From: Squalus acanthias
Lineage: Eukaryota
DNA length: 64,000 bases
NCBI GenBank assembly: GCA_030390025.1
Contig: CM059432.1
Span: 130,264,001-130,328,000, forward strand
Reading direction: 5' to 3'
The position numbers were made by a program, and so were the translations under genes. This document shows, one piece after another, positions 38,511 through 51,786 of the stretch. Under the pieces are notes generated by a model. It made no database searches and was not told the origin of the DNA. It worked only from the letters and a program-made list of their open reading frames with translations. Numbering within the stretch: position 1 is the first letter of the stretch; each line of letters opens with the position of its first letter.

Positions 38511-39481
38511 TGCAAATTCAGGGCACAAGCTATCCACTATTTTCCGTCCATTACAATTAATGGGTGCAAAACCATGAGTGGATTGTGCCCGAATTTGCGA
38601 TAAGCATTTCCACTGTGCCAGGCTCTTATGTTTGGGTGAAGAAGAGGAAAATCTGCCCCATACATCTGAAAGTTAAAATGTAATTAAATTCAACTTTATT
38701 TTCTGAAGTAAGCTCCTCCCCTGTCACAAACAGCATCCATTTAGTTTACGCTTAACTAGAGACCCCCAGTAAATGTCTTTGTCAGTTGTTTGTAAAGTCT
38801 TCCTTTACTTGACACTTCCAATGACCTTAACATTTTGTTGTTCTGGCTCTTCCCACATTGGCCTCTACCTTGTGTGAGGATGAATAAGCCTGTTACTCAT
38901 GCAACTCTTGGAAGAGCTATTGAATTGTGTTGCTTTGTTAGTGAGAGCTGAGGGCATCACCTGACAAGCGCAGTGTTACAGTGCAGAACACTGACCTGTT
39001 TCTTTGAGCAGTAGCGTGCCGAGACACGCGGGTTTATCTTTCGCTCCTTCTTGTGTGCAAGTCAAACCTTTCAAAGAGAAACAGCAAAAGCTGATCTGAA
39101 GAAATCAGACTTTAATATTTCAATGTGACGTTGATCTGTGATGAACATGCATTAACAAGCATGTAGAGAGTATAATGTCCATGGGAAGGGTTTGAAAGCA
39201 TAATATCCATTGAAGGAGAGAGCCATCCTTTCAAGGACCCGTACATTCCATATTTTGCACAGCTGGGTGGAACTTCTGCATCTTACAGAAGTTGGTTGAT
39301 GCATTCAATTATTCGCAATAAAAGAACGGAACAAAAAATCAATATATAGGGAATAAAAAATGGCCAAGAGGATGTCACAAGACTGTAGTGCGTTCTTGTT
39401 TGTTTGAAGGGCGTCATGAATCAAGAGGAGTCTCAATGCCCCCTTGAACGAATATTCCCAAAACACGCTCTCAGACACTGT

Positions 39482-40075
39482 GGGGTAGATTTTAACTCCA
39501 GGCCTGGAACGGGCAGGCAGTGGTCAGTTTGAGGGCTGGGCCTCATTACCATTCTCCTGGCGAGCTGCAGGCCCCGAACCGGCGTCCTGCAGCAGCTCAG
39601 TGCTGACACAATATCAGGCAGCTTGGAGGTCAACCTAGCCAGCTGGCAGATAGATTGGGGGGGCGGGCAGTAGGGCGATCCTGGAGTGGGTTGGGGAGGC
39701 GGGGTGAAAGAGAACTCAAGGCAGGAGGAGCCCACGTTGTTTTTGTGGCGTCCTTAGGAGCACTCCTGCTCCTCCTGGCCCCACAAAATGATCATTTTCT
39801 GCTTTACCACCTGGTACAACCGGAACGACTGTGCATGGCACATGCTCCGCCCAATTGTCCCTCTAAATTGCATTCGGGTCCTGTGCACGTCATAAAACAC
39901 CAATTTGCATCCAGTAACAAGACTCCCGTTTGATTCAGGCAGGCACCTGAGCCACCTACCGGAAGGTCCCAGTAAAAATGGCGGCAGAGAGTTAACGGGG
40001 TGGTAAGCGGTGCACAGCGATTTTAACTCTGTCAGCACTATGCTTCCACCAGGCAGATCGAGCTAAAATTAACCC
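39482..40075. mobile_element. Harbinger-type MITE
   Basis: TIRs ggggtagattttaact / agctaaaattaaccc. Confidence 0.55.
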
Positions 40076-40235
40076 TTTTATTTTTATAACAGTCTTCTAT
40101 TTAAAAAAAATGATTTGTGAGCTTTCTTATTTTAATTTTGTTTTTGATGTTTGGGCCTTCTGCTGCCATCAAAGTTGCCACTTTTTACAATTCAGCTTTC
40201 CATCCTGTTGTTTTTTTTAAACTAAGTCAGTGACG

Positions 40236-43200
40236 AATCATAGAAGTTTAGCCCACTGTGTCTGTGCCGGCCGAAAAAGAGCTATCCAGCCGAATCCCAC
40301 TTTCCAGCTCTTGGTCCGTAGCCTTGTAGGTTACGGCACTTCAAGTGCATATCCAAGTACTTTTTAAATGTGATGAGGGTTTCTGCCTCTACCATCCTTT
40401 CAGGCAGTGAGTTCCAGACCCCCACCACCCTCTGGGTGAAAGAAGTTCTCCTCAACTCCCTTCTAATCCTTCTACTAATTACTTTAAATCTATGCCCCCT
40501 GGTTATTGACCTCTCTGCTAGGGGAAATAGGTCCTCCCTATCCACTCTATCTAGGCCCCTCATAATTTTATACACCTCAATTAAATCTGCCCTCAGTCTC
40601 CTCTATTCCAAAGAAAACAACCCCAGCCTATCCAATCTTTCCTCAGAGCTAAAATTCTCCAGTCCTGGCAATATCCTCATAAATCTTCTCTGTACCCTCT
40701 CTAGTGCAATCACATCTTTCCTGTAATGTGGTGACCAGAACAGTACGTAGTACTCTAGCTGTGGCCTAACTACTGTTTTATATAGTTCAACCATAAGCTC
40801 CCTGCTCTTATATTCTATACCACGGCTAATAAAGGGAAGTATCCCGTATGCCTTCTTAACCACCTTATCTACCTTCAGGGATCTGTGGACATGCACTCCA
40901 AGGTCCTTCTATTCCTCTACATTTCTCAGTATCCTACCATTTATTGTGTATTCCCTTTCCTTGTTAGCCCTCCCCAAATGCATTACTTCACACTGCTCTG
41001 GATTGAATTCCATTTGCCACTTTTCTGCCCACCTGACCAGTCCGTTGATAGCTTCCCGCAGTCTACAGCTTTCTTCCTCACTATCAACCATACGGCCAAA
41101 TTTTGTATCATCTGCAAACTTCTTAATTATGCCCCCACATTGAAGTCTAAATCATTGATATATACCACAAAAATGGGCTTTTACTTTTCTGACCAGTCTG
41201 CCATGTGGGATTTTGTCAAAAGCCTTGCTAAAATCCATGTAGACTACATCAAACACGCTACCCCCTCAAAAAATTAAATCAAATCAGACATGACCTTCCC
41301 TCAACAAATTCATGCTGACTGTCCTTGATTAATCCGTGCCTTTCTAAATGACGATTAATACTGTCCCTCAGAATTTTTTTCAATAATTTGCCCACCACCG
41401 AGGTTAGGCTGACTGGCCTGTAATTACTCGGTCTATCCCTTTCTCCATTTTTAAACAACATTACAACATTAGCAGTCCTCCAGTACCACACCTGTAGCCA
41501 GAAAGGATTGGAAAATGATGGTCAGAGCCGTCGCTATTTCCTCCCTTGCTTCCCTTAACAGCCTGGGATACATTTCATTCGGGCCTGGTGATTTATCTAC
41601 TTTCAAAGATACCAAACCCCTTAATACTTCCTCTCTCACTATGTATATCTCATCTAATATTTCACACTCCTCCTCCTTAACTACAATGTCTGCATCGTCC
41701 CTCTTTTGTGAAGACAGATGCAAAGTATTCATTAAGAACCATACCCATGTCTTCCGCCTCCACACACAGGTTACCTTTTTAGTCTCTAATAGGCCCTACT
41801 CTTTCTTTAGTTATCCTCTTGCTCTTTATGTATTTATAAAACATCTTTGGGTTTTCCTTGATTTTACTTGCCAATATTTTTTCATGCCCTCTCTTTGCTT
41901 TCCTAATATCCTTTTTAATTTCACCCCTGCACTTTCTATATTCCTCTAGGCTTTCTGCAATATTTAGCTCTTGGTAACTGACATAAACTTCCCTTTTTTG
42001 CCTTATCCCCTTGACATCCAGGGGGCTCTAGATTTGGGAGTCCCACCCTTTTTCTTTCTGGGAACATATTTGCTCTGAACCCTCACTATCTCCTCCTTGA
42101 ATGCCTCCAAATGCTCTGACACTGATTTACCTTCAATTAGCTGTTTCCAGTCCACTTTTGCTAAATCACATCTCAGCTTAGTAAAATTGGCCTTTCCCCA
42201 ATTGAGAACTTTTTACTCATGGTCTATTTTTGTCTTTTTCCATAACTACGCTAAATCTAACTGAATTTTGATCACTACCACCAAAATGCTCTCCCACTGA
42301 TACCCCTTCCACCTCCCCAGCTTCATTCCCTAAAACCAAGTCCAGAACCGCCCCCTCTCTTGTTTGCCTTGCTACGTACTGGCTAAAAAAGTTCTGAATG
42401 CATTTTAAGAATTCCACACCTTCTATACCTTTTACACTGATTCTATCCCAGTTTATATTAGGATAGTTGAAAGCCCCTACTGCCCTATTGTTTTTGCACT
42501 TCTCAGAAATTTGCCTACATATTTGCTCTTCTATCTCCCTCTGACTGTTTGGGGGTCTATAGTAAATTCCCAGCAATGTGATTGCCCCTTTTTTGTTCTT
42601 ATGGCCTCATTTGATGATCCCTCTAACATATCATCCCTCCTCACAGCTGTAATTGTTTCCTTAACCAACATTGCGACCACCCCTCCTTTTTTATCCCCTT
42701 CTCTATCTCGTCTGAAAACCCTGTAACCAGGAATGTTGAACTGCCATTCCTGCCCTTCTAGAACATAAGAACACAAGAAATAGGAGCAGGAGTAGGCCAT
42801 TCGGCCCTTCGAGCCTGCTCCGCCATTCAATGAGATCGTGGCTGATCTTCTGCCTCAACTCCATTCACCGGCCCTATCGCTATATCCCTTGATGCCCTTA
42901 CTAGTCAGAAATCTATCAACTTCTGTTTTGAATATACCCAATGACTGAGCCTCCACAGCCCTCTGGGGTAGAGAATCCCAAAGATTCACCACCCTCTGTG
43001 TAAAGAAATTTCTTCTCATCTCAGTCCTGAATGGCCTACCCTTTATCCTGAGGCTGTGGCCCCTGGTTCTAGACTCCCCACTCAAGGGAAACATTCTCCC
43101 AGCATCCACCCTATCAAGCCCTGTAATAATTTTGTATGCTTCAATGAGATCCCCTCTCATTCTTCTGAATTCAAGAGAATACAGCCCTTGTTTACTCAAT

Positions 43201-44345
43201 CTCTTCTCATACGACAGTCCCGCCATCCCAGGAATCAATCTCGTGAACCTTCGTTGCACTCCCTCTATGGCAAGTATATCCTTCCTTAGGTAAGGAGACC
43301 AAAATTGTACACAGTACTCCAGGGGTGGTCTCACCAAGGCCCTATATAATTGGAGTAAGACTTCTTTACTCCTGTACTCAAATCCTCTTGTAATGAAGGC
43401 CAGCATACCATTTGCCTTCCTAATGGCTTGCTGCACCTGCACATTCACTTTCAGTGACTCATGTACAAGGACACCCAGGTCCCTTTGAGCATCTGCATTC
43501 CCCAATCTTTCACCATTTAGGAAATACTCTGCCTTTCTGTTTTTTCTACTAAAGTGGATAACTTCACATTTATCCACATTATATTCCATCTGCCATGTTC
43601 TCGCTCACTCACTGAGCCTGTCGAGATCCCCTTGAAGCCTCTTCACATCCTCTTCGCAACTGACACTGCCACCTAGCTTTGTCTCATCAGCAAATTTGGA
43701 AATGTTACATTTAGTTCCCTCATCCAAATCATTGATATAGATTGTGAATAGCTGGGGCCCAAGCACCGATCCTTGTGGTACCCCACTAGTCACAGCCTGC
43801 CATCCTGAAAAAGACCCGTTTATCCCTACTCTTTGTTTTCTGTCTGTTAACCAATTCTCAATCCATGCTAGTATATTCAGCCGTGTTTCAGTAATAACTA
43901 TGATATCATACTTCCACATGTCTATCTGTGTCCTCAGCTCATCTGCCTTATTCACTAGACTCCTTGCATTAAAGTATATACCATTAAGCACTGCCAAACT
44001 CCTTTGATGTCTATTTTCTAGCCTTTGTTTCCTCTGCCTTCCAAACTCACTTACTAATGTTCTGCCTTCTATTTCCAGCTTTGCTTCTCTCCCTTCTGAA
44101 TCTACACTCAGGTTCCCATCCCCCTGCCAAGCTAGTTTAAGCCCTCCCAAACAGCACTAGCAAACCCCCCCACGTGGATATTGGTCCCAGGCCTATTGAG
44201 GTGCAATCCGTCCGGCTTGTACAGGTCCCACCTCCTCCAGAACCGGTCCCAATGCCTCAGGAATCTAAAGCCCTCCCTCCTGCACCATCTCTCCAGCCAC
44301 GCATTCATCTGCTCTATCCTCCTGTTTCTGTACTCACTAGCACAT
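40236..44345 (-). mobile_element. Long degenerate CR1 (ORF1 SGNH-esterase end, APE endonuclease, RT) interrupted by a younger CR1
   Basis: ORF1 WLERWCRREGFRF...DGLHLN (44132-44340); ORF2 start [10 protein letters not shown]...ITETRL | EGQEWQFNIPGY...GGVV; YYRPPNS, FNYPNINW, GSDQNSVRF; RT and 3' fragments down to 40236. Confidence 0.9.
42759..43877 (-). mobile_element. Nested younger CR1 3' half
   Basis: [10 protein letters not shown]...FADE; ORF 42855-43589 is 244 aa; tail at 42759-42790. It splits the host element between TETRL and EGQEW. Confidence 0.92.
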
Positions 44346-45086
44346 GATTGTCGACCAAAACTGGAATACCATAAGCTGGCAGAAAAAAACTGTTTTGCTG
44401 GAAAGTAATACATCGACTTGACTGGGTTATAACACTCCCCTATATAAAATAAAGACTTAATTAGTGACTCATTATACTGATAATTCAGATACAATATTTT
44501 AGTTCCAAAACATTATAGAAAATCAACTATTCATTTGACTTTAAATGAATTCGATTTGAATTTGTTATGGATTTTAAAAAATCGGAATCAAACTCTCAGT
44601 ATCGTATCTTTCTCCCCCGCCCCCCAATACAGGTACAGAATCTCCTGTTAATCAGGAAATCCTGTGGTCTTGATTTGTGAAGTCTGCATTTCCTACATAG
44701 AAACCTATTCACAAAGAAGTAGATCACAAAAACAAATCCCGAAAGTCATTAAGATTGTATAATCAGGCTCAGGATAATAAAGTTGAAAGTAATTTACCTG
44801 TTTTGTACCGCGTCAGTTTGGGTTTTAAGGAAATAACTTTATGGTAACCTCTGATCATATTCTATGACTAATGTAATCCCAGGTGAACAATTGTCATGTG
44901 CCTACAATCCTCATGTACAGGTAAGATTCTTTCCACTTAATTCCCATTGTTGCAGTTTGTATTGGGAGAAAAAAGCGTTTTGTGTAGCTTTGCAAAACCC
45001 CTTTGTGAACAGGTGGTATGGAATGAGACAGCAGAATCAAACAAATGTAAAAATGCAAACATAACAAACTGATAAAAGAAACCATC

Positions 45087-46105
45087 GGGTACGGTAGCAT
45101 AGTGGTTATGTTACTGGACTAGTAATCCAGAGGCCTGGACTAATGATCCAGAGGAACTGAGTTCAAATCCCACTCATGGCAGCTGGGGAATTTAAATTCA
45201 GTTAATTAAATAAATCTGGAATTAAAAAGACCATGGCCCATATTTTCCGATCGGAGTCTTCCTGCGTGCGGAGGCCTCCAATCTGGAAAAAATCTACAGA
45301 CTTACCTGAGGGCTCCTGAGGTCCGGACACTTCCGCTCCTGGGCCTCTCCAACTCGAAATGCGCAGGGCCCAGGTATCCCAGGGGCGCATGCGGGATCAC
45401 GGGGAGCCAATAGAAGGGAATCCCCTTTCATACACTTGACAGATAGACCTGTCAAATATATGAATGGAAAACACAGTAAAACATTAAATAATTTTTAAAA
45501 ATCACATTTTTAAAATGAGTTGAAATTACAATAAATTAAATATTTTAAACAAAAATTTAATTTTTTGAAAAAAATTAAAGTTTTTTACAGGGCTAAAAAT
45601 AAACTTACCTTTTTTTAAAGTATTTTTAAATGATAAATGAGTGAATTTTTTTTTATTTTTTTAAAACTTTTTTTCTACTCTTATGTTGGTAAAAGCAGGC
45701 CTTATGCTTTTACCAGGCTTAAGATTTCTACGGGTTTTCTGCGGGCGGAGGTTCTGCAGAAAGCGGAACTATTCGCCCGCAGAGGCCCTTCTCTAGGGCA
45801 GGCGTCCAATCTGTCAAGAGCATTCTTGACGGATCGGAAATGCCGGTTTTCAGTGCATGCGCTTGGCATGTCTGAAACCGGCATTTCCGATGTCCCTACG
45901 GGTGTGTACACAGCGCGTACACACCCGTAGGAATAGGAATATACCAGATTGTTGTAAAAACCCATCTGGTTCACTAATGTCCTTTAGGGAAGGAAATCTG
46001 CTGTTCTTACCCAGTCTGGCCTATGTGTGACTCCAGACCCACAGCAATGTGGTTGAATCTTAATTGCCCTCTGAAATGGCCTAGCAAGCCACTCCATTGT
46101 ATCAA
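45087..46105 (+). mobile_element. tRNA-derived SINE interrupted by a Harbinger-type MITE (~45235-45943)
   Basis: Head ggtagcatagtggtta...gagttcaaatccc; the body resumes at gattgttgtaaaaacccatctggttcactaatg. Confidence 0.6.
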
Positions 46106-46779
46106 ACTGCTAGGGAAAACTGCAGCACATCTTTTATTAGAGCACATCTTTTTTTTACATTGTGGAGAAATGTGAAGTTACCTATTTTGGTAATAGAAAA
46201 GCAGAATATTTTTAAAATTGTGATTGGAAAATGTTGATATTCAGAGGGACCTTTTTTTTTATTCGTTCATGGGATGTGGGTGTCGCTGGCAAGGCCAGCA
46301 TTTATTGCCCATCCCTAATTGTCCTTGAGAAGGTGGTGGTGGGCCGCCTTCTTTTTGAATAATGCTACACCCCCACCCCTAACAGCAGGCTCTCAGCTTC
46401 CTTCCCCCTCTCTTTTTATCGCTCTCTTCTGATCTGAAGGCATTACCACAATAAAACCAGGGAAGAATTTATTCTTTCATTTGTTAACACAACCTAACTA
46501 TTAGGCCAAAAAGCTGCACTCAGTATGTATCTTATGCCCCCAGGTTTAAATATATTTCCGAGAATGTAGCAGAGAACAAATACTGACGGGGATGGAAGTC
46601 AAAAGTGCAAATTTCTACACATCCTGATTCCTGCACATCATTTAATAGGGGGGAGGGCGGATTTTGCCCAGGATAAAAATACACTTATTGTTACACAGTA
46701 ATGACTCATGTTCAATATATGGCAGTGCATTACACTGCACTAAAATATTACTGAAAGCAAATGCTAGGTGACTCCAACC

Positions 46780-47545
46780 TCAACTCCATCAACCTCTATG
46801 GCTGCCCACCTCAGGCTAAGTATGTAAAACCTTGGTGAGCTGCTCGACCGCAAGCTCAGCTTCCTACCCCATATCTGATCCATTCCCAAGTCCACTTTCT
46901 TCCATCTCAGAAACATCCATCACCCCTCTCCCTTTGCTGTTGAAATCCTAATCTATGCCTTAATCACCTCAAGGCTAGTGTTCTGCAATGCACTCCTTGC
47001 TAACCTCCCCAACTGCCACTCTTCATTAGCTTCAAGTCATCCGGAACCCCACGACCTGCGTTCTTAACCACACTACAGCTGCATCCCCATTACCCCTGTT
47101 CTTTCCACGCTCCACTTGCTTGCAGTGCTCCCGAGACTTAATTTTAAGACCCTCACCCTCAACTTCAAATCTTTCCATGCCAACTCCTTCAGCCAGTTCA
47201 CTCTCTGGAACTCCCTCATGTGGCGAGGTGGAAGGTTTAGGGAAGGAATGCCAGAGTGCAGTGGTGTGATGCCTATAGGCTTTGCCATTGATGGTGAAGC
47301 AACAGGAGGAGGGGATGGGAAGTAGGCCAGACTGGGAAGAGTAGAGTGTGCAACCTGGGACATAGGGGTAAAAGAGATTGCAGAGGTTGGGTGGCACAAA
47401 GCAACAGAAGGATTTATAGTCAAAGACCTGGATTTTGAAATCAATATGCTCGGAAATGGGTGAACTGGCTGAAGGAGTGGAAAGATTTGAAGTTGAGGCC
47501 GAGGATCTTAAAATTAAATCTCTGGTGCACTGGGATAAGTGGGGT
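46780..47545. mobile_element. Old L2-like LINE fragments in both orientations
   Basis: Typical L2 3' region (catccccattacccctgttctt...cacttgct). Segments ~47130-47200 and ~47459-47525 are reverse complements. Confidence 0.6.
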
Positions 47546-47764
47546 GTGTGGATGTAGGCCGTACGCAGGTTGTGGTATTAGCCTCAGAACTGTAGCCCAA
47601 CTTACACCTGTGTGACAATTCTGTTTGCCACACTTGACATCCTTGAGTGAGATGTGAACTTGTACAGAATTATGGAGATTTTTGTGCTGTGGGCTCACAC
47701 CCACTAAAATCTAGGTTGAAACTGTCCAACCTCATTTTAAAGGAGATCAGCAAAGAGCAAGAAG

Positions 47765-48070
47765 AGAATTACATCGAAATTACAGTACAGAAACAGGCCA
47801 TTCGTCCCAACAGGTCTGTGCCGGTGTTTAAGCTCCACACGAGCTTCCTCCCACCCTACTTTATCTAACCCTATCAGCATAACCTTCTATTCCTTCCTCC
47901 CTCATGTGCTCATCTAGCTTCCCCTTAAATGCATCTATCATATTCGCTTCAACCACTCCACGTGGTAGCGAGTTCCACATTCTAACCACTCTCTGGCTAA
48001 AGAGGTTTCTCCTGAATTCTCTATTGGATTTATTAGTGACTGTCTTATATTTATGGCTCCCAGTTTTGGA
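47765..48070 (-). mobile_element. CR1 3' fragment; same subfamily at 55058-55255 (TRIB1 intron 2) and 37696-37812
   Basis: acagaaacaggccattcg.cccaac...gtggtagcgagttccacattct. Confidence 0.8.
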
Positions 48071-48404
48071 TGTTCATTCCATCTGTTTGGGCCAGATTTG
48101 GACCCAGTTATCAAAGATGAGAGGACAGTGTGCTAAATTACTGCATGACTCAGTCCTTCAGGAGTCTCTATTTTATTGCCCATTCACCTCACGCACTAAA
48201 AATTATTGCTCACGGACGTCTTTCAATAGGAAATAGTAAAATATATATTTTATTTTTGCATGGTTGTAGTAGGCAAAGACTGCACAAAACAGTTTACACA
48301 GATACTGCCAGGTGCTTTGCTATGCTTCAAACCAAAACCATTATTCCCACAAAGATTCTGTGTAACAGTATGCTGCTTTGTCTCCTCTGCACTATTAATT
48401 ATTG

Positions 48405-48485
48405 TGGAGATGCCGGCGTTGGACTGGGGTGGACAAAAATGAGAAGTCGCACAACACCAGGTTATAGTCCAACAGATTTATTTAG
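48405..48485 (-). mobile_element. Truncated copy of the Penelope-like element at 62051
   Basis: ggagatgccggcgttggactggggtggacaaaaatgagaagtcgcacaacaccaggttatagtccaacag is near-identical to 62053-62122 and ends before the ribozyme. Confidence 0.7.
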
Positions 48486-51171
48486 ACTGTGAATTTCAGT
48501 GTGCAACTTTTACGAGTCCCATAAACAAGCCACACCTGAGCCTGTCCACAAACCCCAGCACATTGCTCTTTTTCTCACATTTCTTTTGCTTGTGGTACAT
48601 ATCATGCAGTTTTAAGGTTGGAGAGATCTCGCCAGAAGTCAATAGAATGTTGCGATGATGTTTCTGCCTTGATCTCTGTAAGTAGCAGAAAACATTTTCT
48701 TTGCTTTTCTCAGGAAATTGCAAAATCTCCTGAGATTTTTCTCTTCAACCGCTGGACACGAACAGAATCTTTTGAAGACAAACTTCAGTAATAATTCTGT
48801 TCAACTGAGTTCGGTAGATTAAGATTTGGTTGGATTTACTACAGGAGGCCCGTTTGCACTGTGTACCAAGGCATTGCCTCAAGGAGTAACAAGACCGGGG
48901 TTTGTGCCCATGATTTCCCAAGTGTCCTGACATCAGCGAGATGTTGAGGGCAGATCAGATGTTTCCCGCCCCAGGATAGCTCTCCTGTGCCTTCGAATGA
49001 CAGCAGATTACCTGCTCACTATTTTGGCTGAGGAATGGTGCATGATGGAAAAATCTAGTGAGACAACATAAATATTACTTGGCAATAATATGGCTTTTTG
49101 TTGATCCTGCATGTACACATTCACGCCACATTTCTAAGAGGGAGGGTTAAAATTGTGATCCTGTTGCATAAGCATGTTTTTTTGGCATTACAACATTGAC
49201 TACACTCCAGAAGTACTTCACTGGCTGTAAAGCGCTTTGAGACGTCCGGTGGTCGTGAAAGGCGCTATATAAATGCAAGTCTTTCTTTCATCCTTTCTTT
49301 AAAAGATAATATTTGTCCGGCATGTCTACAAAAAGATAGATCTATGATACATACATAATAACTGTACCAGCACCAACAAATACAACACCCGCACCAGCAC
49401 ATGTAATGCCTGCACCAGTAAGAAAGCACTGGTGAAGTACCAACAGATATAACCACCTGCAATGATGAAAACAGCTTTGAAGCATGCACAATATCAAGTG
49501 CCAAAACTTGCCCTAATAATAACTCAGTAACGAGCACCAGTTCGAATAGTTATGACCCATGTAGGAAAATATACTTGTACTTATTCTTCCGCCTCTGCCT
49601 AAATCCAGGGAGGCTGCAACCTTGAGCCGGCGAGCTGAAAAATAAACTTAAAACTCTTCATGCACAGTAGCCTCTTTCAAATCAACATCATTATCAAACC
49701 AACCAGAACTTGAATGTACAACAATAAGCTCTTCTACTCGCTCAGCAAGTTTACCCAGTGAGCAGCTAGGCCGTACGGGTCAAGGAGGGTCCATATTTGA
49801 TCCTCGGTCTGTACTGAGATAGCTGATCATAGCCAGGATTGTATAATTGGCCTCAGTGCCCTGGGTTGGAGAGTGAAAAATGGGTCAAGGTTCCAGCTCC
49901 TGATCACTATCCAGTGATAATCTCTCCCCCTCCCCTCCCCCCCCCCCCCCCACCTTTGCTGCAAGTGCACGTGTGTAGTCATCGGGTGAGGACAGGATTG
50001 ACTTTGGATGTGATGCCCCTGCAGTCAAATAGTCTGCCAACACTCACTGTCAAGGCTCCCAAAGAAATATTGACGACTTTGGCAAGGAACCAGAGAATGA
50101 CCCACGGAACCACACCCAAGAAAGGTGTCAATGCATTCAGGAGTGAAGAAAATTATTGTGAAATAAAATGTGCAGCAACCTCCCACGTTGCCTGTGCTCC
50201 CACACTGCCTTCAGCACTTTGACATTATTTATTTTAGGCCCTTTGCTGCCAGCAGGAAATATATAGAACTACAGGCAGCGAACACCCACAGAGGGGAGGT
50301 TTCTGATCCGCTTCTGAACTCAGCGCCACAACTAACTGCAGTGTCAATTTTGGGAGGTGACTGCCGCCATTGAGGTGATGCCCACGTGTATGCCAGTGCA
50401 TTGTGTGAACGTCTCTGGCCTGCCTTCAGTAAAGTATGTTCAACAAAACAGGCATGCCTGCTTCCTCCTTTAACAGATTAGTCATCAGGTGAAACAAACA
50501 TTTTAAATCATGCACAATGACATCGCAGCTTATTTGCAAGTGTGTGGAGAGCCGGTGAAAACAGCAGAATAAATGCAAAGTCCGTATGCCGGGCTCCCCT
50601 CTCTCAAGCCCATTATTGTGAATGCAAATAGAGCATCATTTCCACAATAAGAACTTGCCAAACCTGCTTAATCTCACCATAGCACCTCTGTGACAAGTGA
50701 TCAGTTGGACAAGCAGTGGAGTACAGGAAGGTTTGACATATCATTCTACCCGATTTCACCCAACTCCGCGAAACAGGCTCGGGGGGGCTGAATGGCATAC
50801 TCCTGTTCTTATATTTATTCCTCGCGTTCATCTGCTCAATCTTTGAAAGCTTTGCAACGTCTCCCTAATACCATATAGCACTAACTGGACTGCATCAGCG
50901 GACATAACGCATGTATGAATTCTTGCTAAGCAGTCATTTCCTGCCTATTACTATCAACAACAAAGCATGGTCTGATACAGACTATTGGAAGAGTGCGATA
51001 CGATAATTCAGGTGAAAGAAAGAATCTAACATGCAAGTTGTCTGTAATCAAACACAAAGGAAAATAAAATTGTTGAAATGTTAAAGGGCATGATTTTACT
51101 TTCATGCTCTCACTGCACTTACATTAACATAGCACACAGAAGAAACTATTATTTGTTCAGGTATTTTTGTC

Positions 51172-51177
51172 TTTATT
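51172..51177 (-). terminator. Candidate polyadenylation signal AATAAA for TRIB1
   Basis: AATAAA on the minus strand at the end of the TE-free stretch, with a UGUAAAUA element ~35 nt upstream. Confidence 0.45.
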
Positions 51178-51762
51178 GCTGTAGGTTCATCTACAGCTGT
51201 ACATATTCACATATTTACATTTCTAAAATAGTGTTTCATATTCTTCAGCAGGACATTGCTGCCAGTATAGTTTTGCATTTACCAGTAGTCTTATTTTTTA
51301 AACTTGTATCACAGATACTATAAGCTCAACAACCATGAGAGCGTCAGTGCAACAGAAATATTTCACTGTCCTTTAAACCTCAAACCTCATGATTTTCATC
51401 TGACTAGTATTGCTTGTAATAATTCACATTTATACTGATCTTTTACACGACACCAGCACAATATTTTCTGACAATATACAACGGGAATGACAAGACATAG
51501 ATTACATGTACACTGTACATGAGGTATAAACAAAACATACACAGCAGTTAATGAAAAATGCAACGTCTAACTCAAGCGTGATTGTCCCGCTGTTACCTTT
51601 GGTTTCACCCCTGCAGTTGGTGACCTTATTTCAAGAGCTGCACAATTAATTAATAAGCTCTTTAACAGACGCACGTTTAAAAAAAAAATCTTCATCATAA
51701 TTACTCCACGAACACAATAGACATAGCAGAAAAATAATGGTCACCTTTCAACTGAGGATCAA

Positions 51763-51786
51763 GTGTGTGTGTGTGTGTGTGTGTGT
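51763..51786. repeat. (TG)n microsatellite in the probable 3' UTR
   Basis: About 12 GT units. Confidence 0.95.

Noticed and set aside
43605..44150. 181-aa ORF joining endonuclease start and RT motifs as a novel fusion
   Set aside because: The frame runs by chance across the junction (43877/43878) between a nested CR1 and its host CR1.
45087..45180. tRNA gene
   Set aside because: It has box A/B-like motifs but no cloverleaf, and continues into a SINE body.
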